Source: a virus
IMG/VR virus record: IMGVR_UViG_3300008113_004357
Span: 3,285-67,284 of that record
Length of the DNA stretch: 64,000 nucleotides
Direction: 5' to 3' (one strand)
Under the pieces are notes generated by a model, which did no database searches, was not told where the DNA came from, and saw only the letters and a program-made list of their open reading frames with translations. Positions 17,201-26,283 of this stretch are shown here, in pieces. Numbering within the stretch: position 1 is the first letter of the stretch; each line of letters begins with the position of its first letter. The position numbers and the translations under genes were made by a program.

Positions 17201-18788
17201 TGAGATATTCTTCAAAAGAACTTATATTAAAAATTTCAAACTTAACCGGCGTACTTACTAATAACTCTTCTTCTTTTTTCTCAATGACAAATTTATTATC
17301 AAATTCCTTTTTAGAAATTTCTAAAGATTTTGGAGTTAATAATACTCCGTCATAGAAATCACCGTTAAGAAAAGCATGATGTACAGATCTATCAAAGACA
17401 TTGTCATGAGTATAATAAACATCAAATTTAAAATCATCTTTGAGATTAATACCGGAAGGTATAATATAAAACAGTTCTGTTCTTGATTTTGATTTAGCTT
17501 CTAAATATTGCTCGTAAGAATCAACATAAAATTTATCGTACTGGCAGGGAACACTGGCTAAAAGATCCCATTCTTTACGCTCGACAATATATCTATGTTC
17601 TATTTCTTTGGCGCTAACTGGCTTGTACTTACTTAATAAGAAGATACCGTTATATAATTTGTCATTATTAACTAGGTGTACAAATGCGTGATTTTCTTGT
17701 CGTTCGTAGGCATTATGATATGTAATGTATAGATCAAATTTAAAATCATCGACTACTTTTAAGTTAGGACTAGTCATCCAAAACAAATCTGTAGTCGACT
17801 GCTTTACTGCTTCTAAATATTGATCATACGTTTCTATTTCAAAAATATCGTATGATTTTGGAACGCTGGCAACATAATCAACTTCTTTTTTGTCAGTGAA
17901 GAATCTATATTTAAATTCTTTTTCAGTTACTTTGTTGTGTTTACTAAACAGACAAAGTCCATCATAATATTCTCCATTTTTAAATACATGGGTAACATTC
18001 TGATTATAACGAGGTGCATAGTAATCAAAAGTAAAATCTTCTAAAAGTTCTATGTCATACCATATTGCCCAGAACATATTTGTTGTTGAATTTTCGCAGG
18101 CAGCAAGATAATCGTCGTAGGTTTTTATATTAAACTTTTCAAACTCTTTAGGACGACTTGCAAGAATTTCCCATTCTTTTTTGTCGCTTAAGAATCTATA
18201 TCTAAATTCTTTTTCACTTATAGGTTTAAATTTTGATGCTAAAATGATTCCGTCATATGTATCTCCGTTAAGGAACATATGATTTTCTTGTCTCTCATAA
18301 CTATTATGATGACTAAAATACAGATCAAATTTAAATTCTTCAACGACTGTAACATCGCTAGGAACTATCCAAAACAAATCAGTGGTTGCATTTTCCAGTG
18401 CGTTGATATATTCTTCATAGGTATCTATGTAAAAAATATCGTACTGTTTAGGAATACTTGCTACTAAATCAATTTCTTTTTTATCAGTAAAGAATCTATA
18501 TTTGATTTCTTTATCGCTAATATACTTGTGGCGGGGGACCAAAGACAATCCGTCAAAGTATTCGTTATTTTTAAAAATATGCACATAGTCTTCGTCCCAT
18601 TTAGGGATTGAATAAGAAGAAAAATCAAAATCGTCTTTTAGTTCTATGTCGTCCCACACTGTCCAGAACATAGAAGTAAGAGCTTTTGATTTAGCTTCGT
18701 CGAAGTTTTTGGCTTTTTTAGCAAACGGATATTTTGATTTAATGACTTTCCAATTTGGATTATTTCCAATAACAAAAATATCGTACAT
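14178..18788 (-). CDS. 1536-aa protein: 13 degenerate ~100-aa repeats plus a C-terminal family A glycosyltransferase-like domain
   Basis: Repeats YDIF...FW...D..V..F.FD.Y...H.F.NG..YDG..L.SK...SEKEF.YRF...KE...AS.PK; C-terminal RVHGVKGIHQAH, VVDGDA, YGYGG. Confidence 0.75.
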   Translation of the reverse strand: MYDIFVIGNNPNWKVIKSKYPFAKKAKNFDEAKSKALTSMFWTVWDDIELKDDFDFSSYSIPKWDEDYVHIFKNNEYFDGLSLVPRHKYISDKEIKYRFFTDKKEIDLVASIPKQYDIFYIDTYEEYINALENATTDLFWIVPSDVTVVEEFKFDLYFSHHNSYERQENHMFLNGDTYDGIILASKFKPISEKEFRYRFLSDKKEWEILASRPKEFEKFNIKTYDDYLAACENSTTNMFWAIWYDIELLEDFTFDYYAPRYNQNVTHVFKNGEYYDGLCLFSKHNKVTEKEFKYRFFTDKKEVDYVASVPKSYDIFEIETYDQYLEAVKQSTTDLFWMTSPNLKVVDDFKFDLYITYHNAYERQENHAFVHLVNNDKLYNGIFLLSKYKPVSAKEIEHRYIVERKEWDLLASVPCQYDKFYVDSYEQYLEAKSKSRTELFYIIPSGINLKDDFKFDVYYTHDNVFDRSVHHAFLNGDFYDGVLLTPKSLEISKKEFDNKFVIEKKEEELLVSTPVKFEIFNISSFEEYLTACEQSTTDMFWAIWPDIDVVEDFDFEYYVPRYNQHITHIFKNGEYYDGVCLFSKHTKVSEKEFKYRFFTDKKEVDYTISYPKNYDIFYVNTYDEYLNAVQSSITDLLWLIPSDVTVVNDYKFDLYFSHHDTYSRQENHMFLNGDTYDGVILASKFRPISEKEFRYRFLNERKEWDTLVSIPQEFDKFYIKTYEQYLNACKESKSNMFWCIWHDVDVVEDFDFDYYVPRYNQHITHVFKNGDHFDGICLFSKTSQVSEKEFKYRFFTEKKEIDYLASYPKKYDIFYIDSYNEYIDAVENSNTDLFWIVPSDVITAEEFKFDLYFSYHNSYEREENHMFLNGDTYDGIILASKFKSISEKEFKYRFLSDRKEWEVLASRPKEFSRFFNIKTYDDYLNAVKNSTSKMFWCVWHDVEVVEDFDFDYYVPRYNQHLTHVFKNSKHYDGICLFSTEVLVSEKEFRYRFFADKEIIVELVASYPKKYDIFYIDSYNEYMDAVEKSDTDLFWIVPSDVIVSDEFKFDVYFSYHNSYEREENHMFLNGDTYDGVILASKKKLISEKEFKFRHISDRKEWDEVASTPKMFDKFNISTYKDYEQACKLSESNMFWCVWPDVEVVEDFNFDYYVPRYNQHVTHIFKNGEHWDGICLFSKEEQISEREFKTRFFIEKKEIETIASNPKQFDKFTVSTYRDYLVALEESTTDMFWVVPKEVQVLDTFTFDTYFSHHNTYDRNMNHSFKHLFRGEENYNGINLMSKHAPVSEKEITFRYLVERKEWNITASKVKPYDIVFISYNESNADENFDRVKTLYPRVKRVHGVKGIHQAHIKAAEQADTDNFWVVDGDAVVVDDFKFDYEIPVWERDTVHVWRSQNPVNNLVYGYGGVKLLPRQLTLSMDVTRPDMTTSISDKFKPVQVVSNVTSFNTDEFSTWKSAFRECAKLAGKTIDRQVDSETEERLNVWCTQGADKPYGEFAIKGALAGRKFATENPDNLFKINDFDWLYEQFLNEKNNSK
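14860..18788 (-). repeat. Intragenic tandem repeat array, ~300-bp units with a ~600-bp A/B higher-order period
   Basis: For example, an identical 56-nt block occurs at 15724-15779 and 16321-16376 (offset 597). Confidence 0.9.
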
Positions 18789-18794
18789 ATCATT

Positions 18795-19526
18795 CTACCA
18801 TGTAATAAACTTATATAGCTCTTTTGCGTAGAGCTCGTGAGGTTTTTCTCCGTGATGCCAATATTTTGCTAAAGAATTCTGATGACCTTCTCGCTGGTAC
18901 TTGAGATAAAAAGAGTTATTTGAATTATCAAAATCCATATATCGAGAACCGTCTATTAACTTTAAGTAAAAATCAGTCCATCGATCTCGTTTGACAAAGT
19001 GCATGGTATTACACATGACATACTGAATACCCATTGACTTAAAATAAGACTGTAGTTGATGTACAAGATTTAAACTTTGAATTTCTAAATATGACTGATT
19101 TGATGCCATGAACTTTTGATAAAATGGTATTAATCTTTTTTCCCAATCTGAATTTCCATTAAAGCCAGGATTTAATCTATAGAATACATTATTAGTATTT
19201 CCAAACCAAGAATTAGTTTCAGATATAATATATTTTGTTCCTAATTCTGACGGTATCTCCATACGCACACTTTCGGTCCATGCTACGCAGACAAATAGGT
19301 CCATACTTTCAGGATCATATTCTCTATGCATCCATTCTAATATTGATCTAGCTATAGTAGGGTTAGCCGATCCTGGAGAAGAAATATTAATAGGTCTATA
19401 CCCTAGCATCTCAGCTAATATGTTTCCAAATGATTTGCTTCTATTAAAATCAGAATCTAATTGCCCATCTATCTCTGATCCCGATGCGTGGCTGCATCCA
19501 GAGATTAACATTACTTTCTCTTTCAT
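18795..19526 (-). CDS. SGNH/GDSL-like hydrolase or acyltransferase
   Basis: ISGCSH (block I), GSAN (block II), C-terminal WHHGEKPH. Confidence 0.65.
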   Translation of the reverse strand: MKEKVMLISGCSHASGSEIDGQLDSDFNRSKSFGNILAEMLGYRPINISSPGSANPTIARSILEWMHREYDPESMDLFVCVAWTESVRMEIPSELGTKYIISETNSWFGNTNNVFYRLNPGFNGNSDWEKRLIPFYQKFMASNQSYLEIQSLNLVHQLQSYFKSMGIQYVMCNTMHFVKRDRWTDFYLKLIDGSRYMDFDNSNNSFYLKYQREGHQNSLAKYWHHGEKPHELYAKELYKFITW

Positions 19527-20779
19527 TTTACTAACCTTTGAACAGTTTTAAAAGTTGTTTTAGACAATAAACATTGATAATTATGATCTAATATTGATTG
19601 CATTTGATCGTACATGTCACGCAGTTCGTTAATAGATTTAGAATTTATATAATTTATAAGATTTAAAATTTTAATAGTTCGTACTTCATGATTAGATTCT
19701 TCATCATAACTTTCATCCCAGAAATCGCTAAATGTTTTAAATCCCATCCTTTTAGCATATTCTAAAGTGTACGGTGGTGCTACTAATATAAATGGTTTTT
19801 TATATCTTATAGCTTGATATAATTTTTCACTGTAATTTCCACAATGTTGCGCGAAACGTGTTTCATTAATTACATCACAAAAACTATCATTATAAAAATC
19901 TCCCAGTGGATTTAATTTAAAATTATTAATAGCAGGGGTTTCATAATTATCATAGCTTTCTGTTATAGGATAATAAGATGGATTTTCATTGTTTATATCA
20001 ACAGCATTAGTTGCTTTAATATCTAAACAAACAGGAGAATGATAATTTAAAATTTCAAATCCAGACATTAGTTGTTCGTATAATTCTTTATTTGTTTTTT
20101 TCCAATTGTGTATTGGAAAAAATAAATCATGTGCAAATGCTTGACCATTGCAATTAAAATACCAACTGTAGTTAGAAGAAACTGTTGATAAAAATGCTGT
20201 AATTAGATGACGGTGTTTTGTATATCTCCAATTTACACAAATAAACTTTTTAGTAAATTTGTTGTTAGGAAAACTTTCAAATAACGAGTAATTTTTTAAA
20301 AACAAATCATTTGTTACTAGTTTCATTATTTTAGTGTAATGTGGATGATAGTAGGCTACCTTATAATCGCAAGTATTCACTATTACTCTTTTTAATCCAT
20401 TACGTATAACATACTCTTTAATGCTGTCTAATTCGTCAGCTCTTATTTCGTTTAGATTTGTTTCAAAAGGAAACTCGCTGTAGAATCCTCTATTATGATG
20501 ATAATTCTCCCTACGAGAACAAATAGGCTCATATAAGAAAAAATATAAACCCAATCTATTCATAGTTTCCACATCACTGGCACTATGATTAATATTTTTT
20601 AATCCTGTCAATTCCCCGTTACCCATATAGACAAAAACAGGAATATGAGGAGCTAGGCCGGAAGAATTTCTAACTTGGGTCATGAATACATTTGCATCTG
20701 TTTCAGGGCGATTTTTCATGCCAGGAATACTAAACCAATGTAACTGAGTCAATTCGTGATCTGGCGGATTAGAGCTCAT
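19523..20779 (-). CDS. Putative glycosyltransferase (family B, GT10-like C-terminus), paralog 1
   Basis: KKFICVNWR..KHR, VINET, YSEKLY..I..KKPFIL, GFKTFSDFWDESYD. Confidence 0.55.
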   Translation of the reverse strand: MSSNPPDHELTQLHWFSIPGMKNRPETDANVFMTQVRNSSGLAPHIPVFVYMGNGELTGLKNINHSASDVETMNRLGLYFFLYEPICSRRENYHHNRGFYSEFPFETNLNEIRADELDSIKEYVIRNGLKRVIVNTCDYKVAYYHPHYTKIMKLVTNDLFLKNYSLFESFPNNKFTKKFICVNWRYTKHRHLITAFLSTVSSNYSWYFNCNGQAFAHDLFFPIHNWKKTNKELYEQLMSGFEILNYHSPVCLDIKATNAVDINNENPSYYPITESYDNYETPAINNFKLNPLGDFYNDSFCDVINETRFAQHCGNYSEKLYQAIRYKKPFILVAPPYTLEYAKRMGFKTFSDFWDESYDEESNHEVRTIKILNLINYINSKSINELRDMYDQMQSILDHNYQCLLSKTTFKTVQRLVK

Positions 20780-21275
20780 TAAGTTCTCCTGTAATTTGAA
20801 GTGTGTACCTATCTGCTATTCCAATATTACTAGCTGCATGGGGAACATCGTACTGCCAGAAAAAATAATCTCCTGCTTTCCAATTTACATAACCAACATC
20901 TGCTATTTCTAAATAATGTCCAGGTTTCCAATCTTCTAACATGATTAACACTCTACACACATTACTTGGAACTGCGTTAAATAATTTAGTGTAAGTTCTA
21001 AAATGATCTGTGTGCATGGGCATTATTTCTAAAGTACTCATTTTATAAAAATTATAGGTTTGATTTTTTAGACCGAACATATTATTAAATTTTTGTACCC
21101 AGTCTGGTAAAAGATTTTTACTGTCGTACATTGATCCTGTAAAACTTTTTACATAGTCGTAACCCTTTTCTTTCCATTGAGAAACTTCTTGTTCAGTAAC
21201 TGGTTGTTTAATATATGAAAAAGTTCTATAACTGTGATCCCAAAAAGGATTAACATGACCGGTATAAAAATTCAT
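20769..21275 (-). CDS. 2OG-Fe(II) oxygenase / cupin-fold protein
   Basis: HxD motif (PMHTD), distal His (VPHAASN) and Arg in RYTLQITG. Confidence 0.75.
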   Translation of the reverse strand: MNFYTGHVNPFWDHSYRTFSYIKQPVTEQEVSQWKEKGYDYVKSFTGSMYDSKNLLPDWVQKFNNMFGLKNQTYNFYKMSTLEIMPMHTDHFRTYTKLFNAVPSNVCRVLIMLEDWKPGHYLEIADVGYVNWKAGDYFFWQYDVPHAASNIGIADRYTLQITGELNEL

Positions 21276-22246
21276 GTGTGTTTCCTTTTTATATCAAGAG
21301 TAACGCAGTGAAATCCACCACCTAGTGTACGCTGTTGTCGCATAGGCAACATAGCACTATCAATATTATACTTTTCTAATTCTTTACGTAAATTATCTTG
21401 ATTTTCTTCTAATGCTACTAGATTAGGATTGACACTAAACAAGTTCATATTGATCCAAGTGCTGGCATTACAATAACCTGGATAGTGTCCAATATCTACA
21501 GGCTCAGGGCACCAAATATAATCCCAGCTTTGTAACGGTTTAGGCAATTGATCAATGCTCTTAATTCTACTAGGATTTAACAGCATTAGCCCTTCACGTA
21601 ATAGACAAATAGTACTGTCAAGATGCATATAACTATACACACCCTCGATAGTCCAAACTTTTTTATTTGGCATTAGTTCTTGAAGATATTCAGCACCTTT
21701 CTTGTTACCACTGTTGCTGACTAGATAATATAAGTTGTCGTTATCTCTTAATATATTAGCAGCATCAAATGCAGGTTCTGTTTCATTAAGTGCTAGTGTA
21801 TCAGGATCGCCGAGACAATTTAAATTGTATAAACTTTCATCGTATGAACACTTGGTAATCGTTACATAATTATTTTCAAAATGTTCTTGTAGGGCATAAT
21901 ATTCGTTATGTCTTGCTTTTAACGGCTGAGGAGTTGATAAGATTAGATTGTCATGTACTAACACTCCGTCTCTAGGACAATAGTTATAATAACTAGGAAC
22001 AACATTTTTATTTGGTCTCAATACAGACACATTACAAGATTTTAAAAACTCAACAAATTTTTCTAAATCTTCGTTGGCTTCGTTGATAACTTGTTGAGGA
22101 TAAGGTCCAACTAAAATTTCATCAATATTTTTTACATCTGCATAATTAACAGTTCGCAAACTAGTATCAATAGCAGGAATTTTAGCGTCATCTGCAACGC
22201 CAACTATAACTGTTTCTAATGGATCCCATTCGTTCTTACTTAACAT
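21272..22246 (-). CDS. Amidinotransferase (glycine / inosamine-phosphate amidinotransferase family)
   Basis: NEWDPLETVIVG, YCPRD, FDAAN, HLDST, GGGFHCVTLD (Asp-His-Cys triad). Confidence 0.9.
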   Translation of the reverse strand: MLSKNEWDPLETVIVGVADDAKIPAIDTSLRTVNYADVKNIDEILVGPYPQQVINEANEDLEKFVEFLKSCNVSVLRPNKNVVPSYYNYCPRDGVLVHDNLILSTPQPLKARHNEYYALQEHFENNYVTITKCSYDESLYNLNCLGDPDTLALNETEPAFDAANILRDNDNLYYLVSNSGNKKGAEYLQELMPNKKVWTIEGVYSYMHLDSTICLLREGLMLLNPSRIKSIDQLPKPLQSWDYIWCPEPVDIGHYPGYCNASTWINMNLFSVNPNLVALEENQDNLRKELEKYNIDSAMLPMRQQRTLGGGFHCVTLDIKRKHT

Positions 22247-22826
22247 TAAACACTCTCATTTTACTAATGTCAGGATAATCTTTATCACTCCAACATTTTG
22301 GTTTTAAATCTTTTATTTGTTCAAATCGTTGTATCCCTAACTCTGCAGATTCAGGTGTCATATAATAATGATATCCTAACAGATCAACATCTTGTTCTTT
22401 CCACAGTACGTCGGGCAATCTACCATCATAGCTCATTTTTTTTAAAATATTAGCAGCTTCTTGGTTGTCAGTTAAAATCATTCCGCCGCGGCCCAAATTA
22501 AGATGCTTTCTAAATTGAAAACTCAAACACATAAATGTGCCAGGAATATAACTATCTTTTTTCCATAAGACTGCTGCATCAATGATATTTGTATTACCAA
22601 TAAAATAATAGTCTTGCCATTGCGATTCAACAAACTCCCACGACAGTCCTAGTTTTTCAAATGTCATTGGTATAGATAGATATGTGTGTGCAGGGCAAGT
22701 TACTGACTTGGGAGTTGTGTAACGCAAGCAAAGTTCTACGGCATGAGTACAACTGTCTGTTGCAACTGCATACTCAGAACCAAAATAGTTTGCGATAATA
22801 TTTTCAAAGTCAGTTACTGGAGACAT
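22236..22826 (-). CDS. DegT/DnrJ/StrS-family PLP aminotransferase, compact form
   Basis: FE..IA.Y.G..YAVATDSCTHA, IIDAA, LSFQFRKHL..G.GGMILTD, GYHYYM; only 196 aa. Confidence 0.8.
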   Translation of the reverse strand: MSPVTDFENIIANYFGSEYAVATDSCTHAVELCLRYTTPKSVTCPAHTYLSIPMTFEKLGLSWEFVESQWQDYYFIGNTNIIDAAVLWKKDSYIPGTFMCLSFQFRKHLNLGRGGMILTDNQEAANILKKMSYDGRLPDVLWKEQDVDLLGYHYYMTPESAELGIQRFEQIKDLKPKCWSDKDYPDISKMRVFNVK

Positions 22827-25065
22827 TTTCTTTTGTTTTCTTAATACTAGAAATTGGAATTACTACATTAGAATGCATTGCTTGTTTTTCAGGTATGGCA
22901 TCCATGTTTGAAGCATTTGAAACTTCTACTTCGTATTCTTTAAAATTACCCCAGTGGCCTTGTCCTCTATATCTGTATTGAAAGGTGAAATTTATAGTAT
23001 TGTTTAATATTCTTTCTTCTTCTAAAAGATCATTAAAGTCATCACCACTTCTTCCGGCTTCAACATCCCATGTTGGTTTAGCTAACTTTCTTGCTCGCTT
23101 TGCAGTATTACTCATCATTCGACTATAGTCTTGAGCATAGAAAGGACCTTTACGTCCCCTAGGAGGTGGCTCTCTTTCGTCATAGGGATTATCAATTTGA
23201 TCAAATTTATATTTAAAGTCAGCAGCCCACTCACCGTCATCTGAAATTTTAAATTTAAATACTGCATTGTACATGCCTGGACCATACTGCGTTCCAAATT
23301 CTTTCAAATCAATTTCAGGATTAAATAAAATCTCAGCTTCATAGCCACCGCGAGTTTTCCATAGCATACGGAAGAATGGCCACATCTCATTTACTAGTGC
23401 GTCAGCAAAAGGATTAATGCTAGGTTTAATTATATCGTAATCAAATTTTTCATATTCAATTTCTTTTACAAGATAAGGATTGTTTAACTTTATTGAATAG
23501 TGCTCTTTAGCTAGATTAAATCTCACAGGATAACCAAACGGTACTTCTGTACAGCCTGTCATAAAATCTAGGAACATATGCATTATTTTAACACGAGACA
23601 TGACATGTGTGCCGCCCTTGGTAAAATCATTAGTGATCCAATGTCCTTGATATTTTTGCCAGCTGATATTAAACTTGTGGGGGTTTTGTCCAACAATAGT
23701 TTCTGGACCAAGTCCATATCCTACACCAGCACCTACGTTATTGATGTTCATGTTACGCATACGCCATAGTAACGTCATGCTGTCAGCAAAGTCTTGTAGT
23801 GTCTCTGTAGGGAATCCTACAATCCAATTAGTAGCTGCATAGATACCAACTTCTTTGCCATGCTTAAAGTTGTCTTCCATTTCTTTAATAGTAACACCTT
23901 TGGCCATGTCATCTAGAACATGTTGACTGCCGCTTTCGATTCCGTAGTTTAACATAATACAGCCGCCGGCCTTTAAATCTTTAAAGTACTCAAGGTCCAT
24001 GCGACCATCACAGCGAGCATAGCCTGTCCAGTTAATTTTTAGACCTTTGGCTTCAACTGCTTTACAAAAGGCACGTAGTTCTTTTAGGTTACCGTTAACT
24101 AGGCTATCAATGAACCAGATAACATCTACACCTTTGTTATAGTATAACCACTCTATTTCAGAAATTAAATCTACTGATTGACGTTGACGATATTTCCAAA
24201 AGTGTGTTTCTTCACAGAATGTACACTTGGCTGTACAACCTCGACTAATCTCTGTGTTAACTCCGTTAGGCAAATCGTAGAGACTAAAGTCAATGCTTTC
24301 GTAATCAGGCATTGGAAGTCCGTTAATATTGACACGTTCATATTCGTCTTGTGTTAATACAACAGGTTCAGTATGTTCTACTCCGTTTTCTACATCTTCT
24401 AATAACTTTAATAGATTAATTTCACCCTCACCTACTACAACATAATCATAATAAGGATGTACAGTAAACCAACTTTTGTGTGCGTTAGGTCCGCCAACTG
24501 CAATTTTAATATGCGGAGCACGGCGTTTTAATTCTTGGGCCATCCATTTAGTAGGTTCTTCACTGATGTAGTACATACTAAAACCGACAACCTGCGGATT
24601 CATTTCTATTATTTCTTCTATTGCCTGTTCAAGAATAGGTTGTAGAATAGGATGTATATCTTTCATATACGTTTCCCCTAACCAGTGCCAACTGGCTGCA
24701 GGGTCCCACAATCTAAAAGGAAGTTTATTATTAGGGATCCAATCTTCTTGATGAGCGCGATATGCTTTAACATTAAGATCCATAATATGAGTTTCATATC
24801 CTGCACTTTTAGCAACACCGCTTAATCTAGCAAGACTAAACGGAGGCATATAAGGACTCCATTCTGGACATAGTACTAAAACTAATTTGGTATTTCTAGT
24901 CTTGTAGTCTACGTAAACAGGAGTAAGATTTTTTTGTACAGTTGCTTTAGCATAGGGAGCAATGGCCTTCATCATAGACATATGACGTGCATCAGCTAAA
25001 TCTTCGGGCGGCTTTTCGGGCAGGACTACTTCTTTTTTAGCAAGTCCTTGTAGATTAAAATCCAA
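22810..25065 (-). CDS. B12-binding radical SAM enzyme (class B methyltransferase-like)
   Basis: PPFSLARL, VGFS, VGGP, VVGEGE, LP.PDY, SRGCTAKCTFC, GIESGS, IVGFPTET; TTG start after GGAG. Confidence 0.9.
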   Translation of the reverse strand: MDFNLQGLAKKEVVLPEKPPEDLADARHMSMMKAIAPYAKATVQKNLTPVYVDYKTRNTKLVLVLCPEWSPYMPPFSLARLSGVAKSAGYETHIMDLNVKAYRAHQEDWIPNNKLPFRLWDPAASWHWLGETYMKDIHPILQPILEQAIEEIIEMNPQVVGFSMYYISEEPTKWMAQELKRRAPHIKIAVGGPNAHKSWFTVHPYYDYVVVGEGEINLLKLLEDVENGVEHTEPVVLTQDEYERVNINGLPMPDYESIDFSLYDLPNGVNTEISRGCTAKCTFCEETHFWKYRQRQSVDLISEIEWLYYNKGVDVIWFIDSLVNGNLKELRAFCKAVEAKGLKINWTGYARCDGRMDLEYFKDLKAGGCIMLNYGIESGSQHVLDDMAKGVTIKEMEDNFKHGKEVGIYAATNWIVGFPTETLQDFADSMTLLWRMRNMNINNVGAGVGYGLGPETIVGQNPHKFNISWQKYQGHWITNDFTKGGTHVMSRVKIMHMFLDFMTGCTEVPFGYPVRFNLAKEHYSIKLNNPYLVKEIEYEKFDYDIIKPSINPFADALVNEMWPFFRMLWKTRGGYEAEILFNPEIDLKEFGTQYGPGMYNAVFKFKISDDGEWAADFKYKFDQIDNPYDEREPPPRGRKGPFYAQDYSRMMSNTAKRARKLAKPTWDVEAGRSGDDFNDLLEEERILNNTINFTFQYRYRGQGHWGNFKEYEVEVSNASNMDAIPEKQAMHSNVVIPISSIKKTKENVSSN

Positions 25066-25116
25066 GTTAATTCTCCTATCAAATATTTAACAGTTTTAAT
25101 TTTAGCCGTTTTTTTT

Positions 25117-26283
25117 CTAAACATTTACTGTGTCTAAACGATAACACGTTTTTTCCATCAATACTTGATAATTATGATCAAGAATTTCTTTGACAGCTTT
25201 CTGCCATTCAATCCATTGGCTATCGCTGAATTCGCACAACCTTAAAACTTCTTTCCAAATCATGTCCAGTCGTGCATGATCGTCAATTTCATTATCGTAA
25301 CTTTCGTCTATTAAGGGATCAAATGTTTTGTATCCTAATTTTTTTAAATGCTGCAATGAAAAGGGTCTTGACGCTAAAATGAAAGGGTGTTTTAATGCAA
25401 TTGGCCTAAATGTTTTTTCTGTTAAAAATATAGAATCCCTAGCATCTATATACGGAAAAAAGTCATTGTGCTCTTTGAAAAACAGAGTTTCAGTAACCAA
25501 ACTAAAATAACTGTCATTGTGATAGTGTATATCGTCAAGTCGTACATCAATTGGATTGTATCTATCATCAGGGACATTAAGGCGAAGCGGGAATATGTCT
25601 TGGTATCTCGTAAATAATTTACGCATTCTTTTATATTTCTGCGAATTACCTATACGATTTATCACATCTATACCATATTCAAAAGACGAATAAGTTTTTT
25701 CTAAAAGATTACTGTCAAGTATTTTGTAAAAAAGAAGTACTCTGTGTTCCCTTAACTGTTTGTTAAGACAACAAAATAATTTAGATTTTTTTTGAATTAA
25801 GTATTCAATTGTTGGATGATTAGTTTCACGATAGAAAACAGAAAGATTTTCTTTCATTACATTTTCAAAAACACTACTGCAACAAATCTCAAGTAATGGT
25901 TCTATATTTTGTTCTAAACAATAGTTTTGATATACTTCTTTTCCATTTTGTGCTGAGGTCAGATATATGTAAGAAACGCTGTAATCATTTATTTGTCTAA
26001 TAATTCTATGAATTTTTCTTATATGATCAAAGTAAACTGCTTCATTAACATTGTCAAATAAAATTCTTTTATATCCAGCACTGATTGCCGATTTGATAGA
26101 ATCTATTATTGGATCTGTTTCTATTTTAGGAAAGGGATAATTGAAATATGTTCCAGCATAAACATAGAAAGTCTTGCTGTCTATCTCGCCAATAACTTCT
26201 GTTAAAAATTTAATGCTTAAATCAATTTTACTTTGTTCTAAAATTAATTTTTTTTTTGGCGAGAATTGCCGTAGTGTATTAAT
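25117..26283 (-). CDS. Putative glycosyltransferase (family B), paralog 2; the frame is open ~140 codons upstream of its first ATG (25857)
   Basis: FCCLNK..REHR, SLVTET, FLTEKTFRPI..KHPFIL, GYKTF.PLIDESYD; no stop between 25858 and 26283. Confidence 0.65.
   Translation of the reverse strand: MNTLRQFSPKKKLILEQSKIDLSIKFLTEVIGEIDSKTFYVYAGTYFNYPFPKIETDPIIDSIKSAISAGYKRILFDNVNEAVYFDHIRKIHRIIRQINDYSVSYIYLTSAQNGKEVYQNYCLEQNIEPLLEICCSSVFENVMKENLSVFYRETNHPTIEYLIQKKSKLFCCLNKQLREHRVLLFYKILDSNLLEKTYSSFEYGIDVINRIGNSQKYKRMRKLFTRYQDIFPLRLNVPDDRYNPIDVRLDDIHYHNDSYFSLVTETLFFKEHNDFFPYIDARDSIFLTEKTFRPIALKHPFILASRPFSLQHLKKLGYKTFDPLIDESYDNEIDDHARLDMIWKEVLRLCEFSDSQWIEWQKAVKEILDHNYQVLMEKTCYRLDTVNV

Noticed and set aside
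14860-18788. CRISPR array or DGR template/variable repeats
   Set aside because: The repeats are in-frame ~300-bp coding units without spacers, differences are not confined to adenines, and no Cas or reverse transcriptase gene is in the window.
21272-22246. Amidinotransferase as the archaeosine (G+) synthase for the folE/queE pathway
   Set aside because: G+ formation adds ammonia to the preQ0 nitrile (ArcS, QueF-like, Gat-QueC). This enzyme family instead transfers an amidino group from arginine to an amine, and the gene is coupled to DegT, 16 kb from queE.
25858-26243. Non-coding RNA in the 386-bp gap of the ORF track
   Set aside because: The gap is an open reading frame continuous with 25117-25857 and resembles the N-terminal part of a paralog.
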